Below, piece after piece: positions 31,166 to 41,074 of a stretch of 64,000 bases of DNA (positions are counted from its first letter, which is position 1; each line of letters begins with the position of its first letter). The notes under the pieces are model-generated. The model ran no database searches and was not told the DNA's origin. It saw only the letters and a program-made list of their open reading frames with translations. The position numbers and the translations under genes are program-made. The stretch is from a bacterium. GTDB taxonomy: Bacteria > Moduliflexota > Moduliflexia > Moduliflexales > JAUQPW01. Where the stretch lies: NCBI GenBank assembly GCA_030550175.1, contig JAUQPW010000004.1:21211-85210 (forward strand), written 5' to 3'.

Positions 31166-32392
31166 ATGGAACATTTAGATATTCCGAAGTTTTTGGGACT
31201 GATGGTTATCATGCTGGGGGTGGCTAAACTGGCTGGTGTTCTGGCCCAGCGGATCAGCCAACCGGCAGTCCTTGGAGAACTAATAGCCGGGATGATCATC
31301 GGCCCTTCGGTTTTGGGGTTGGTAGATCCCAACATCGAGGTCATTCATCTCCTTGCCGAAGTAGGCGTGATTATCCTCCTCTTTGAGATTGGCCTGGAAA
31401 CCGACTTGAAGAAGCTGTTGCAGGTAGGAGGCGCTTCGACCGTGGTTGCCATTGTTGGGGTGGCCTTACCGTTCATACTGGGGTATATGGTTTGTTGGTT
31501 CCTGGGGTTAAGCAACCTGGTGGCGATAGTAGCAGGTGCCGCGCTAACGGCTACCAGTGTGGGTATTACCGCCCGTGTACTCTCTGACCTTGGTCGATTA
31601 CAGGAGCCGGAAAGCCAGATCGTATTGGGAGCAGCAATTATCGATGATATCATTGGACTAATAATCCTTACGGTAGTGGCCGGGTTGACCCAGGGCCAGG
31701 AGGTAACGATTTTCCAGGTAGTTAAAATAACCGGGATCGCCTTTGGCTTTCTGATTGTTACCCTGCTGCTTGGAAGTTTGATCGTTCCTCTTTTGTTTCG
31801 TTTTGTCGGTCAGATCGATCTATCCGGAACTCTTACCGTACCGGCAGTTATACTGGCCTTTAGCCTGGCATGGCTTGCCGATCAGGCCGGATCGGCCATG
31901 ATCATGGGGGCTTTTACTGCCGGGCTTTTACTGGTAAAAATCCCTCAAGCCCATGAAATTGAAGTAAGTATAGCCCATCTCGGGCACTTCTTTGTCCCGC
32001 TTTTTTTTATTTCAGTCGGTGCAGCAGTTGATGTACGAGTCTTGAATCCGGTAAATCCGGCTAACCGACAGACTCTATTGATTGGAAGTCTTCTTGTGAT
32101 CGCCGCCATATTGGGCAAATTCCTGGCAGGGTACGCACCGTTCTGGTTTCGAGGTAAGAAGAGTGTTATCGGTGTAGGTATGATCCCCCGGGGGGAGGTG
32201 GGTTTAATTTTTGCTCAGATGGGTTTAAGCAGTGGGGTCTTTAATGCAAGACTCTTCAGTGCCATTACATTGATGGTTATGGTCACAACCTTTATAGCAC
32301 CACCGCTTCTGAAATTCCTGTTTCCGGCCAAACATCCCGGACAGGAACCACCGGAACCGGAGGGAATCGAGGATCTGGTCACTAAACCGTAA
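31166..32392 (+). CDS. cation:proton antiporter (CPA2)
   Basis: About 12 TM segments; GELIAG..IGP, TSVGI, IIDD, GMIPRGEV. Confidence 0.92.
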   Translation: MEHLDIPKFLGLMVIMLGVAKLAGVLAQRISQPAVLGELIAGMIIGPSVLGLVDPNIEVIHLLAEVGVIILLFEIGLETDLKKLLQVGGASTVVAIVGVALPFILGYMVCWFLGLSNLVAIVAGAALTATSVGITARVLSDLGRLQEPESQIVLGAAIIDDIIGLIILTVVAGLTQGQEVTIFQVVKITGIAFGFLIVTLLLGSLIVPLLFRFVGQIDLSGTLTVPAVILAFSLAWLADQAGSAMIMGAFTAGLLLVKIPQAHEIEVSIAHLGHFFVPLFFISVGAAVDVRVLNPVNPANRQTLLIGSLLVIAAILGKFLAGYAPFWFRGKKSVIGVGMIPRGEVGLIFAQMGLSSGVFNARLFSAITLMVMVTTFIAPPLLKFLFPAKHPGQEPPEPEGIEDLVTKP

Positions 32393-32564
32393 CAGGTGGG
32401 ATCGGCTTTCATCCGGTCCATTAGAAATAAACCCGCTATTTTCATCCATCCTGGAGGGGAATACCTTTCGGCTCATAGATAAGTAACTCTATCCTTTTTT
32501 ACTTCACCGTCCGGTATAAATCCCCTCTAGAAGATGGGAGAAAGTGCCATTATCTTTTTATCTT

Positions 32565-34160
32565 CTATGGTTTCATCCTCTCTCTTTCCCGTTCTATTAA
32601 AACCCTCCGTAAAATCTTACCTGAAGCTGTTTTGGGGATTGTTTCCAGAAACTCAATTTCACGGATTTTCTTATATCCGGCAACCCGCTCTTCCACGAAT
32701 TTCATCAACTCTTCGGCAGTGGTATGATAGCTTTTCTTAAGAACCACGACCCCTTTGGGAACTTCTCCGGCTTCCGGGTCGGGTTTCGGGAAAACAGCAC
32801 AATCGGCTACGGCAGGATGTTGAAAGAGTACGGCTTCCAATTCAGCGGGGGCTATGCCGAACCCCTTATATTTGATCATTTCCTTTTTTCGATCTACAAT
32901 ATAGACAAATCCATCCTTATCGATTTTGGCAATATCGCCGGTGTAAAGCCAGCCGTTTCGAAGAGCCTGTCGGGTCGCTTCTGGGTTTTTCCAATAGCCT
33001 TTCATAATATGGGGTCCTCGCACGATCAACTCCCCGACTTCATCCGGACCTAACTCCTTTTCACCGGTTTCTATATCCACAATTTTCTGTTCCTGATCCG
33101 ATATACACAATCCCACCGATTCCAATTTGGCAAAATCTCCATCTACCGGGTTGGCATGGGTCAGTGGGGAGGCCTCGGTCAGGCCATAACCTTGAAGAAC
33201 CCGGACTCCGGTCAACTCTTTAACGATTCTACCTACTTCAGGAGCGAGGGGAGCGGCTCCGGTGAAAATAAACCGGAGGGAGGAAAGATTGTATTGTTTA
33301 ATCTCCGGATAATTGACCATGGCAATCAAGATAGGCGGTACTGCAAAGTGCATGGTTACCCGATACTTTTCAACTAACGTCAGAGATTCGACCATATCAA
33401 ATCGCTCCATGAGAACCTGCGTGGCCCCGGCATAGATGGAACTCCCCATGAGCATGGTCCCGTAGATATGATAGAAGGGAAGGAAAATAAGCAAAGTATC
33501 TCGATCGGTCATTCGTGAGGAGGAAATAAACTGGATATGATTGGTCACCAGGTTAGACTGGGTCAACATGGTTCCTTTGGGAAGTCCGGTTGTTCCACTG
33601 GAGTAAGGAAGGGCGACCAGATCCTCTCGCAGGTTTAGGTTGACAGGAGGCGGGCGTTTAGGAGAAGATTTACGAATAAGATCATCGAACGAAAGCGTAT
33701 CTTCTTCGGGCGTGGCTCCCACTACGATCACCGTCTTGAGTTCCGGCATATCGGGTCGGGCTTCCCGAACCACCGGATATAAAGTCTCATGGGTAATCAA
33801 GATCTTAGCCTCCGAATCATTGACCTGATAAGCCACTTCCATTTTCTTATAGGAGGGATTTAAAGGTGTTGCAACGGCTCCGATTCTCGCTGCAGCGATA
33901 AAACTAATAACCCACTCGGGTCGATTCATCATAAACAGCGCAACTTTATCCCCCTTGGTGATTCCTAAGCTCAAAAGGGCATTGGCCATGCTGTTAACCA
34001 GGGCGTCTAACTCTCGGAAGGTAATGCAAAGATCTTTAAAGATGATCGCAGGTTTATTTGAATACTTCTGAGCTGCCTCCCTCAGCATCTCATGATAAGG
34101 TATCTCCGGATATTCCAAGGAGGGTCTGAAAAGTGCGGATTTGAAAATTGGATCGGGCAT
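32565..34160 (-). CDS. acyl-CoA synthetase (long-chain fatty acid / 4-coumarate-CoA ligase-like)
   Basis: YSSGTTGLPKG, GYGLTE, TGD, DRKKEMIK, GKILRR; start set at MPDP because the extension to 34220 is repeat-derived. Confidence 0.92.
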   Translation of the reverse strand: MPDPIFKSALFRPSLEYPEIPYHEMLREAAQKYSNKPAIIFKDLCITFRELDALVNSMANALLSLGITKGDKVALFMMNRPEWVISFIAAARIGAVATPLNPSYKKMEVAYQVNDSEAKILITHETLYPVVREARPDMPELKTVIVVGATPEEDTLSFDDLIRKSSPKRPPPVNLNLREDLVALPYSSGTTGLPKGTMLTQSNLVTNHIQFISSSRMTDRDTLLIFLPFYHIYGTMLMGSSIYAGATQVLMERFDMVESLTLVEKYRVTMHFAVPPILIAMVNYPEIKQYNLSSLRFIFTGAAPLAPEVGRIVKELTGVRVLQGYGLTEASPLTHANPVDGDFAKLESVGLCISDQEQKIVDIETGEKELGPDEVGELIVRGPHIMKGYWKNPEATRQALRNGWLYTGDIAKIDKDGFVYIVDRKKEMIKYKGFGIAPAELEAVLFQHPAVADCAVFPKPDPEAGEVPKGVVVLKKSYHTTAEELMKFVEERVAGYKKIREIEFLETIPKTASGKILRRVLIERERERMKP

Positions 34161-34223
34161 AGAACGCCATATGAGAATATGAGGGTATGGGGAGTACTCC
34201 CACACTTCCCATACTCTCACATT

Positions 34224-35366
34224 TCATATCTTTTTCAAAACTTCGATGACAGCCTGAGCCGCCCGGTCAGAGGCACCGGGTTCTCCCAGTTTTTCCTTGA
34301 CTTTAGCCAATTCTTCTCGGATAGCCATCCGTTTGGCTGGATCCTTGAGAAGTTTGATGGCTTCCTGAGCAATCCGTTCGGGAGTTGCATCCTGTTGGAT
34401 CAGTTCGGGTACCACTTGCTTTCCGGCAACCAGATTGACCATTCCGATGTAGGGAACTTGGATGAGCCTTTTTCCCAGCGCATAGGTCAATGGGGACACT
34501 TTATAGGTAATGATCATGGGAACTTTTAAAAGGGCTGCTTCTATGGTTACGGTACCCGAAGCGACGATTAATAGGTCTGCAGCATTCATGGCTTCATAGC
34601 CTCTATTTTTTACGATTTGGACAGGAGTCTGTCCTGGAAATTTTAAGAGAAGCGTTTCCTGGATCGAAGGGGCCAGGGGGAGGATAAATTGTATCTGGGG
34701 AATTTGTTTTAAAATCAGATCCGCAGCCGATCGCATAACTGGATATAGCCGTCTGATTTCATTTTCTCGACTTCCGGGAAGTAGTCCGATAAGGGGGTGG
34801 GAAGGATCCAGTCCGTATCTCCTACAGAATTCGGTTTTGTTAAGTTCAGGTTTAACCCGATCTATGAGGGGATGCCCGACCCAGGTTACGTCAACTCCTG
34901 CCTGTTGGTATAGCTCTTGCTCAAAGGGAAAGATGACGATCATTTTCGTAACCAGTCTGGCAATGAGGTAAATGCGATTTCGACGCCAGGCCCATACTTG
35001 AGGACTTATATAATAGACAATGGGAATTTTAAGTTTTTTGGCGATTCGGGCCACTCTGAGGTTAAAATCGGGGTAATCGATCAGAATGAGCAGATCCGGT
35101 CTGGATGTTTTAAGGGTATGAAGGACCTGAAAATATACTTTTCGGATGGTATTAAGTTTTGCCAGAACTTCCCAAGCCCCCGTTACCCCCAATGGGGAAA
35201 TATCCCGGATCAGAGTGACTCCCTCTTTTCGCATATGAGTCCCACCGATTCCGTAAAATCTTCCTTCCGGTAAGTAGCTGCGGATAGATTTGACCAAATG
35301 GGCCCCATGAAGGTCCCCAGAAGCTTCCCCGGCAATGAGCATGATCTTCGGTGACATCAGAGTCAT
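34224..35366 (-). CDS. lpxB: lipid A disaccharide synthase
   Basis: AGEASGD, IDYPDFN, SPQVWAWR, GHPL, LPGSR, SGT. Confidence 0.95.
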   Translation of the reverse strand: MTLMSPKIMLIAGEASGDLHGAHLVKSIRSYLPEGRFYGIGGTHMRKEGVTLIRDISPLGVTGAWEVLAKLNTIRKVYFQVLHTLKTSRPDLLILIDYPDFNLRVARIAKKLKIPIVYYISPQVWAWRRNRIYLIARLVTKMIVIFPFEQELYQQAGVDVTWVGHPLIDRVKPELNKTEFCRRYGLDPSHPLIGLLPGSRENEIRRLYPVMRSAADLILKQIPQIQFILPLAPSIQETLLLKFPGQTPVQIVKNRGYEAMNAADLLIVASGTVTIEAALLKVPMIITYKVSPLTYALGKRLIQVPYIGMVNLVAGKQVVPELIQQDATPERIAQEAIKLLKDPAKRMAIREELAKVKEKLGEPGASDRAAQAVIEVLKKI

Positions 35367-35830
35367 AAAAGTTGTGTACCATATGTTAGAGAGGCGGTCA
35401 AATAAAAAATTTGATATGTGAAAGTACTTGACAGCGAAAATCTAATTTACTAGGATTATTCAAGTTACCATCGATCCTTTAACTTTGCATAAAATGCAGA
35501 TAGTTATTCAGCCATAAAGACGTTAGGACCTATATATCGAGGAAGTACTCTGCTATCGATAAGACTCCCGAGAGAGCAACTTTCCGGGGTAGGTTTTTAG
35601 TAACCTCTGGAGAGGTACTTCTATGTTTGTCTTCTCCCCCGGTTTTATAGAAATGGGAGAAGGGTCAAGGTAAAGGCCTGTTTAGGTATACTTCTGGAAA
35701 ACCTATCCTTGAAAGTCAAAGGATCAGAGGTAGGGGTCCTAGCAAGGAGAGACTCGACTCAAACTTTGCAAAGCAAGATTGCCGAAGTCAATCCGTTTTG
35801 CATCGTTTGGGTTCTCAGGTGAATTCGGCT

Positions 35831-36481
35831 GTGAAGATTATTATTCAATGCCCAGGTTGTAAGTCCAAGTACAAGATGGAAAAGGCTAAAATCCCGGATG
35901 AAGGAAAAAAAATAAGATGTCCTAAATGTACCCGAGTATTTATTGTAAAAAAGCCTAAAGAAACTGCGGGCTCTAAATCCGTTCCTCCCTCCTCAGTTCC
36001 CAAACAACCTCCATCGACGGAAAAACCAAAGGAAACCTCTAAACAGCCTTTTCTACCCAAACAATCCCCCTTATCCAGGCCGCAACCTGAACCGGTTAAA
36101 GAAGAGAAAAAAGGTTATGTTCCCTTAAAGGATCGGCCACGACCCATAACTTGCCGGGACCTTTTTGAAACCATGCATGAACGCTTTATTCCAGAAAAGG
36201 CCCAAGGCTTTGATGCTACCATCGCTTATTCTATCTCTGGAGATAGTACCGATAAGGGCGGAGAATGGACCGTCCGGGTGATCGATCAAAAATGTATTGT
36301 CAAGGAAGGGATTGATCCAACTGCTCCTACAAAAGTCTCGGTTAAGGCCAAGGATTATATGAAGATAGCTACCGGTAAAATGGACGGAAGGGTTGCTTTT
36401 ATGTTGGGTAAAATCAAAATTAGAGGGGATAAAACTCCTCTGGCCGGTTTTAGAGAATTATTCAGAAAACCAGAGATTTAA
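35831..36481 (+). CDS. MJ0042-type zinc-ribbon, Pro-rich linker, SCP2 lipid-binding domain
   Basis: CPGC...CPKC; C-terminal GGEW.V...D..KIATGKMDGRVAFMLGKIKIRGD. Confidence 0.8.
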   Translation: MKIIIQCPGCKSKYKMEKAKIPDEGKKIRCPKCTRVFIVKKPKETAGSKSVPPSSVPKQPPSTEKPKETSKQPFLPKQSPLSRPQPEPVKEEKKGYVPLKDRPRPITCRDLFETMHERFIPEKAQGFDATIAYSISGDSTDKGGEWTVRVIDQKCIVKEGIDPTAPTKVSVKAKDYMKIATGKMDGRVAFMLGKIKIRGDKTPLAGFRELFRKPEI

Positions 36482-36561
36482 TAAGAAATGAGAGAATGGG
36501 AGTGGGAAGGAGGACCCTAGGATCGTTCAGACTTAGACTTCATAAAAGGAGGAGTATCATC

Positions 36562-37059
36562 ATGTCAAGTAATCGTATTCGCGTTGGTTTCATACTGGCC
36601 GGCTTTACCGGTCTGATCCTTGGAATCTTGGCGACTATGATATTGCAAAGTATCGTATCTGCCCAACAATCAGGGAATCGGCGTCTCGTGATTCGTCCTG
36701 AGAAGTCGCCGAAGACAGGGCTTCCCTTCAGCCCGGGAATCCTTGTGGGTAACACTTTGTACGTGTCCGGTCACCTGGGTCGCGATCCGGTTACTGCCAA
36801 GCTGGTATCCGGTGGTATCGAAGCCGAGACGCGCCAGGCACTCACCAATATAGGAGAAGTCCTGAAGGCTGCGGGGATGGATTTCAAAGATGTTGTATCG
36901 GTGACGGCTTACATCACAAGTTTCGAGGATTTTGCAAAATTCAACCAGGTATACGGCGAGTTTTTTCTCAGTGATCCGCCGGCCAGGGCCACGGTACAGG
37001 TTGCTGCGCTGAACGACGGTGCACGGATCGAGTTGCAGATGATTGCAGTCAAGCCGTAA
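36562..37059 (+). CDS. RidA/YjgF family protein with N-terminal signal peptide
   Basis: PFSPG, LYVSG, N.VY, PPARATV, RIELQMIA; SD AAGGAGG. Confidence 0.88.
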   Translation: MSSNRIRVGFILAGFTGLILGILATMILQSIVSAQQSGNRRLVIRPEKSPKTGLPFSPGILVGNTLYVSGHLGRDPVTAKLVSGGIEAETRQALTNIGEVLKAAGMDFKDVVSVTAYITSFEDFAKFNQVYGEFFLSDPPARATVQVAALNDGARIELQMIAVKP

Positions 37060-37257
37060 GGGTAACAAAGGTAAATCGATGGAGTAGGGCGTGCCAGGCC
37101 GATGAAGAGGAATCCGGTTTGTGTGGTTTATAGAGAGTGAAATAGGTTTAGTGTTTGATGTTACTTAACGGTGCCCGCTTCCTACCTGCCGGCAGGCAGG
37201 GGTAATTCAAGCCTGTGCATGGTCCGTATTCCAGGCTTTCCCCTTTTTCTATATTCG

Positions 37258-37962
37258 TTACTCGCCCAGGTAGGCTTCGCGTACCCGCTTATCTCTTAGA
37301 AGGGCTTTTGCGTCATCCTGCATGACGATTTGGCCGGTTTCCATTACATAGCCTTTTTGGGCTAAATTTAAGGCCATATGGGCATTTTGTTCCACTAAAA
37401 ATATGGTCGTTCCTTCTTCGTTGATTTCCTTGATAATTTTAAAAATCTGCTCTACGATCATGGGGGCTAATCCCAGGGAGGGTTCATCTAACAACAGGAG
37501 TTTCGGTCTGGCCATGAGGGCTCTGGCTATGGCTAACATTTGTTGTTCGCCCCCACTGAGGGTTCCTCCGGCCTGCTTTTGCCTCTCCCTTAAAATAGGG
37601 AATAAAGAAAAAACATGGTCTAGATCTTCTCGGATCTTTGCTTTATCTCGTCGTAGAAAAGCCCCCATTTCTAAGTTTTCCAGAACGGTAAGGCGGGGGA
37701 AAATTCTACGACCTTCGGGAACTTGAGAGATTCCCATGGCCACAATCTGATCCGGCGGTTTATTCATGATGGGTTCTCCATTAAATTCGATTATTCCCTG
37801 GCGAATCTTATTAATACCACAGATAGACATAAGGGTGGTAGACTTTCCGGCTCCATTCCCGCCGATAAGACAAACAATTTCTCCCTGGTTTACCTCCAGG
37901 GAAACCCCTTTAAGGGCATGGATATGACCATAGAAGGTATGTACGTTATGTAATCGCAGCAT
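37258..37962 (-). CDS. livF: branched-chain amino acid ABC ATPase
   Basis: GGNGAGKS, VPEGRRIF, LSGGEQQM, LDEPSLGL, VEQN. Confidence 0.93.
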   Translation of the reverse strand: MLRLHNVHTFYGHIHALKGVSLEVNQGEIVCLIGGNGAGKSTTLMSICGINKIRQGIIEFNGEPIMNKPPDQIVAMGISQVPEGRRIFPRLTVLENLEMGAFLRRDKAKIREDLDHVFSLFPILRERQKQAGGTLSGGEQQMLAIARALMARPKLLLLDEPSLGLAPMIVEQIFKIIKEINEEGTTIFLVEQNAHMALNLAQKGYVMETGQIVMQDDAKALLRDKRVREAYLGE

Positions 37963-37967
37963 GGATA

Positions 37968-38774
37968 TTAACCGTGTGAAATCTCTTTTCCCAGATAAGC
38001 TTCGATGACTTTGGGATCTTTCTGAACCTCCTTAGGAGACCCTTCTGAGATTTTTTCACCGTGATCCAGAACAACGATCCGATCCGAGATCCCCATGACC
38101 AATTTCATATGGTGTTCGATGAGCAAAACCGTGATGTCCCGAGCCCGAATCTTATCTATGAGGGACATCAGCATCTTGGTTTCCTGGGGATTCATACCGG
38201 CTGCTGGCTCATCGAGTAAAAGGAGATGCGGCTCAGTACTGAGGGCCCGGGCAATCTCCAGGCGTCGCTGGTCTCCATAGGGGAGATTTTTGGCCAGCAT
38301 CCAGGCTTTATCCCGAAGTCCCACAAAATGAAGTAAATCCATGGACTTAGAGGCCAGGTCCCTTTCTTCTTTTAGAACTTTAGGTGGTCTGAAAATAGCC
38401 CCTAAAACTCCGGAGTGGAGTCGGCAATGGGCTCCGGTCATTACATTTTCCAGGGCCGTCATATCGGCAAAGAGGCGAATATTCTGAAAAGTCCGGGCAA
38501 GGCCCCATTTGGTAATCTGGTTGGGTTTCACCATCTTTCGAGAGGAAGAAGAATAAATCTGAATAGGACCGGAGGTATATTTGGTATGGATGACAATCTC
38601 TCCCTTAGTGGGAGGATACATGCCGGTCACACAATTGAAAAAAGTTGTTTTCCCGGCCCCGTTAGGGCCGATCAATCCCACAATTTCCCCTTCATCGATA
38701 TAAAAATCGAGATTTTCAATAGCTTTAAGACCACCGAAGTATTTCGCAAGCTTTCGGGTTTCTAGTAACCGCAT
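37968..38774 (-). CDS. livG: branched-chain amino acid ABC ATPase
   Basis: GPNGAGKT, RTFQNIRLF, LPYGDQRR, LDEPAAG, IEHHM. Confidence 0.93.
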   Translation of the reverse strand: MRLLETRKLAKYFGGLKAIENLDFYIDEGEIVGLIGPNGAGKTTFFNCVTGMYPPTKGEIVIHTKYTSGPIQIYSSSSRKMVKPNQITKWGLARTFQNIRLFADMTALENVMTGAHCRLHSGVLGAIFRPPKVLKEERDLASKSMDLLHFVGLRDKAWMLAKNLPYGDQRRLEIARALSTEPHLLLLDEPAAGMNPQETKMLMSLIDKIRARDITVLLIEHHMKLVMGISDRIVVLDHGEKISEGSPKEVQKDPKVIEAYLGKEISHG

Positions 38775-38776
38775 GA

Positions 38777-40021
38777 TCAAAGCTCCTGACTTTTACTGGC
38801 TACTTCATAAACAAATTCTGGCTTTTGTTCTAGTATATCTTCATCTTTTTTAGGATGCAATTCCAATTTACGACGTGCACTGGGGATCAAGCCCTGGGGT
38901 CGGAAAATCATCACCAAAACCATCAACATCCCAAAAATGAGCATTCGGGCCCGCGAGAAGTCCACTTGCATAAAGGGAAGGTAGAAATCTCTCAGCATTT
39001 CAGGAAGGACGACCAGTACAATGGCACCCAAGATAACTCCCGGAATACTTCCCATTCCTCCTAAGACGACCATACACAGGATAATGACCGATTCAAAGAA
39101 AGTGAAACTTTCCGGTGAAATAAAAGTCATTTTACTGGCGAAAAATACCCCACCCAAACCGGCCCACATGGCTCCCAAGGCAAAGGCCAGAAGCTTCATC
39201 CGGGTGGTATTAATACCCATAGCCTCTGCAGCGACTTCATCTTCTCGGATGGCAATCCAGGCTCGTCCAATCCTTGAGTGGTTCAGCCGATTTACCACAA
39301 AGATGGTTATAATAGCAATCAGGAGGATTAAATAATAGTAATGGATAGGTTGGCTAAAAACGAACTTTTTACCCAGAGATGGGGCTTCAATTCCGATTAA
39401 TCCGTTGGGACCCCGGGTAACCCGGTCCCAGTTGTTCAGAATGATCCGAATCATCTCACCAAATCCCAGAGTGACAATGGCCAGATAATCTCCTCGTAAT
39501 CGAAGAGTAGGTGCTCCCAACAGGACACCAAAAGTGGCCGCCATCAAGGCTCCTAAAGGGAGGGCTAACCAGAAGGAGGTGTGGTAATTGATAGAGAGTA
39601 AACCGTATAAATAGGCCCCTACGGCATAGAATGCAACGTATCCCAGATCCAGTAATCCGGCCAGACCTACTACGATATTTAAACCGAGGGCCAGACATAT
39701 ATAGATTCCACACATAACAGCCACGTCCACAACATAACGGTTGTTGAACAGGGGAAATAAGAGGGCTAGAACCAGGAGAATCCCCAAGACAATACGTCGG
39801 TCTCTCCGGTTGAGATTACGTTGAAAGCCTTGTTGATAAAAGGAAGCTCTTTCTAACCATTGTTTGACGGTCTTGGTATTCCGTAGGGTGGTTATCACTA
39901 ACCATAATCCTCCTCCGGCTAAGAGAAGGACTATCAAAAGCCCCGCATGGTTTCCCATAAAAGGAAAGGTAAGAAATCCAAACCATAGAGAGATGACCAT
40001 CACTCTAAGAATTTTTTTCAT
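38777..40021 (-). CDS. livM: branched-chain amino acid ABC permease
   Basis: GLNIVVGLAGLLDLG, RLRGDYLAIVTLGFGE, AIREDE. Confidence 0.93.
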   Translation of the reverse strand: MKKILRVMVISLWFGFLTFPFMGNHAGLLIVLLLAGGGLWLVITTLRNTKTVKQWLERASFYQQGFQRNLNRRDRRIVLGILLVLALLFPLFNNRYVVDVAVMCGIYICLALGLNIVVGLAGLLDLGYVAFYAVGAYLYGLLSINYHTSFWLALPLGALMAATFGVLLGAPTLRLRGDYLAIVTLGFGEMIRIILNNWDRVTRGPNGLIGIEAPSLGKKFVFSQPIHYYYLILLIAIITIFVVNRLNHSRIGRAWIAIREDEVAAEAMGINTTRMKLLAFALGAMWAGLGGVFFASKMTFISPESFTFFESVIILCMVVLGGMGSIPGVILGAIVLVVLPEMLRDFYLPFMQVDFSRARMLIFGMLMVLVMIFRPQGLIPSARRKLELHPKKDEDILEQKPEFVYEVASKSQEL

Positions 40022-40022
40022 G

Positions 40023-40949
40023 CTATATCTTCTCCGCGACCTGTTCGCCTAATAGACCTGAAGGTCTAAATATCAAAACTAAAACTAAAATGGTGAAGGC
40101 AAAAACATCCTTATACTGAGCTCCATGGGGAGGAGGAATAAATCCGGCTGCAAAGGCTTCCAGTAAACCCAAAAGAAATCCTCCCAGCATGGCTCCGGCA
40201 ATGTTTCCAATCCCACCTAGTACCGCTGCCGTGAAAGCTTTTAATCCTGCAACGTACCCAATATAAAAATTAACCAATCCGTAATACATCCCCACCATAA
40301 TTCCGGCCACAGCCGCTAAGGATGATCCGATAATGAACGTTATAGAAATAACCCGATCAATATTGATTCCTACCAGACTAGCCATTTTCTTATCTTGAGC
40401 AGTCGCCCGCATGGCCTTACCTAATCGAGTATTTTTAATAAATAACTGCAGGGCTATCATCAGAAGGACCGAGATCCCCATGATAAAAACCTGGATATAG
40501 GATATGCGAACTTCGTCTATATTAATACCACCGGTAAATAAGGGAGGAAAGAATTTATCTCGAGCACCCTGGGTCAGCATGACGTAATTTTGTAGAAAAA
40601 TAGACATACCCAAGGCCGTGATGAGGGGTGATAATCTTGGGGCCTGACGGAGAGGGCGATAGGCAATGCGTTCCATGGTAAATCCATAGGCAGCGCAATA
40701 TACCATGGAAACCACCAGGACAATCCCCATAGCCAGTGCAAGACTGCTCTGGGTCAAACCTTGCGCACTTAAAACCCCCAGCGTAATAATCCCTATATAC
40801 GCCCCGATCATATAAATCTCTCCATGGGCAAAATTGATCAACTCGATAATTCCATAGACCATGGTATATCCCAGGGCGATAAGTGCATAAACAGCCCCGA
40901 TTGTAAGTCCGTTAATCAACTGCTGGATAATATACTCAAGAAAAGACAT
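40023..40949 (-). CDS. livH: branched-chain amino acid ABC permease
   Basis: ALGYTMVYGIIELINFAHGE, KAFTAAVLGGIG. Confidence 0.93.
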   Translation of the reverse strand: MSFLEYIIQQLINGLTIGAVYALIALGYTMVYGIIELINFAHGEIYMIGAYIGIITLGVLSAQGLTQSSLALAMGIVLVVSMVYCAAYGFTMERIAYRPLRQAPRLSPLITALGMSIFLQNYVMLTQGARDKFFPPLFTGGINIDEVRISYIQVFIMGISVLLMIALQLFIKNTRLGKAMRATAQDKKMASLVGINIDRVISITFIIGSSLAAVAGIMVGMYYGLVNFYIGYVAGLKAFTAAVLGGIGNIAGAMLGGFLLGLLEAFAAGFIPPPHGAQYKDVFAFTILVLVLIFRPSGLLGEQVAEKI

Positions 40950-41074
40950 TTAAAACAGCAAGCAGAAAGCTGTGACGGGAAACAAGGGAGGAGAGAGGCA
41001 AAAATAGTCACTCACTTATACCCCCTCTACTACCCCTTGCTCCTTGATCGCTGTTCCTATCCCTATCTAGTTAC

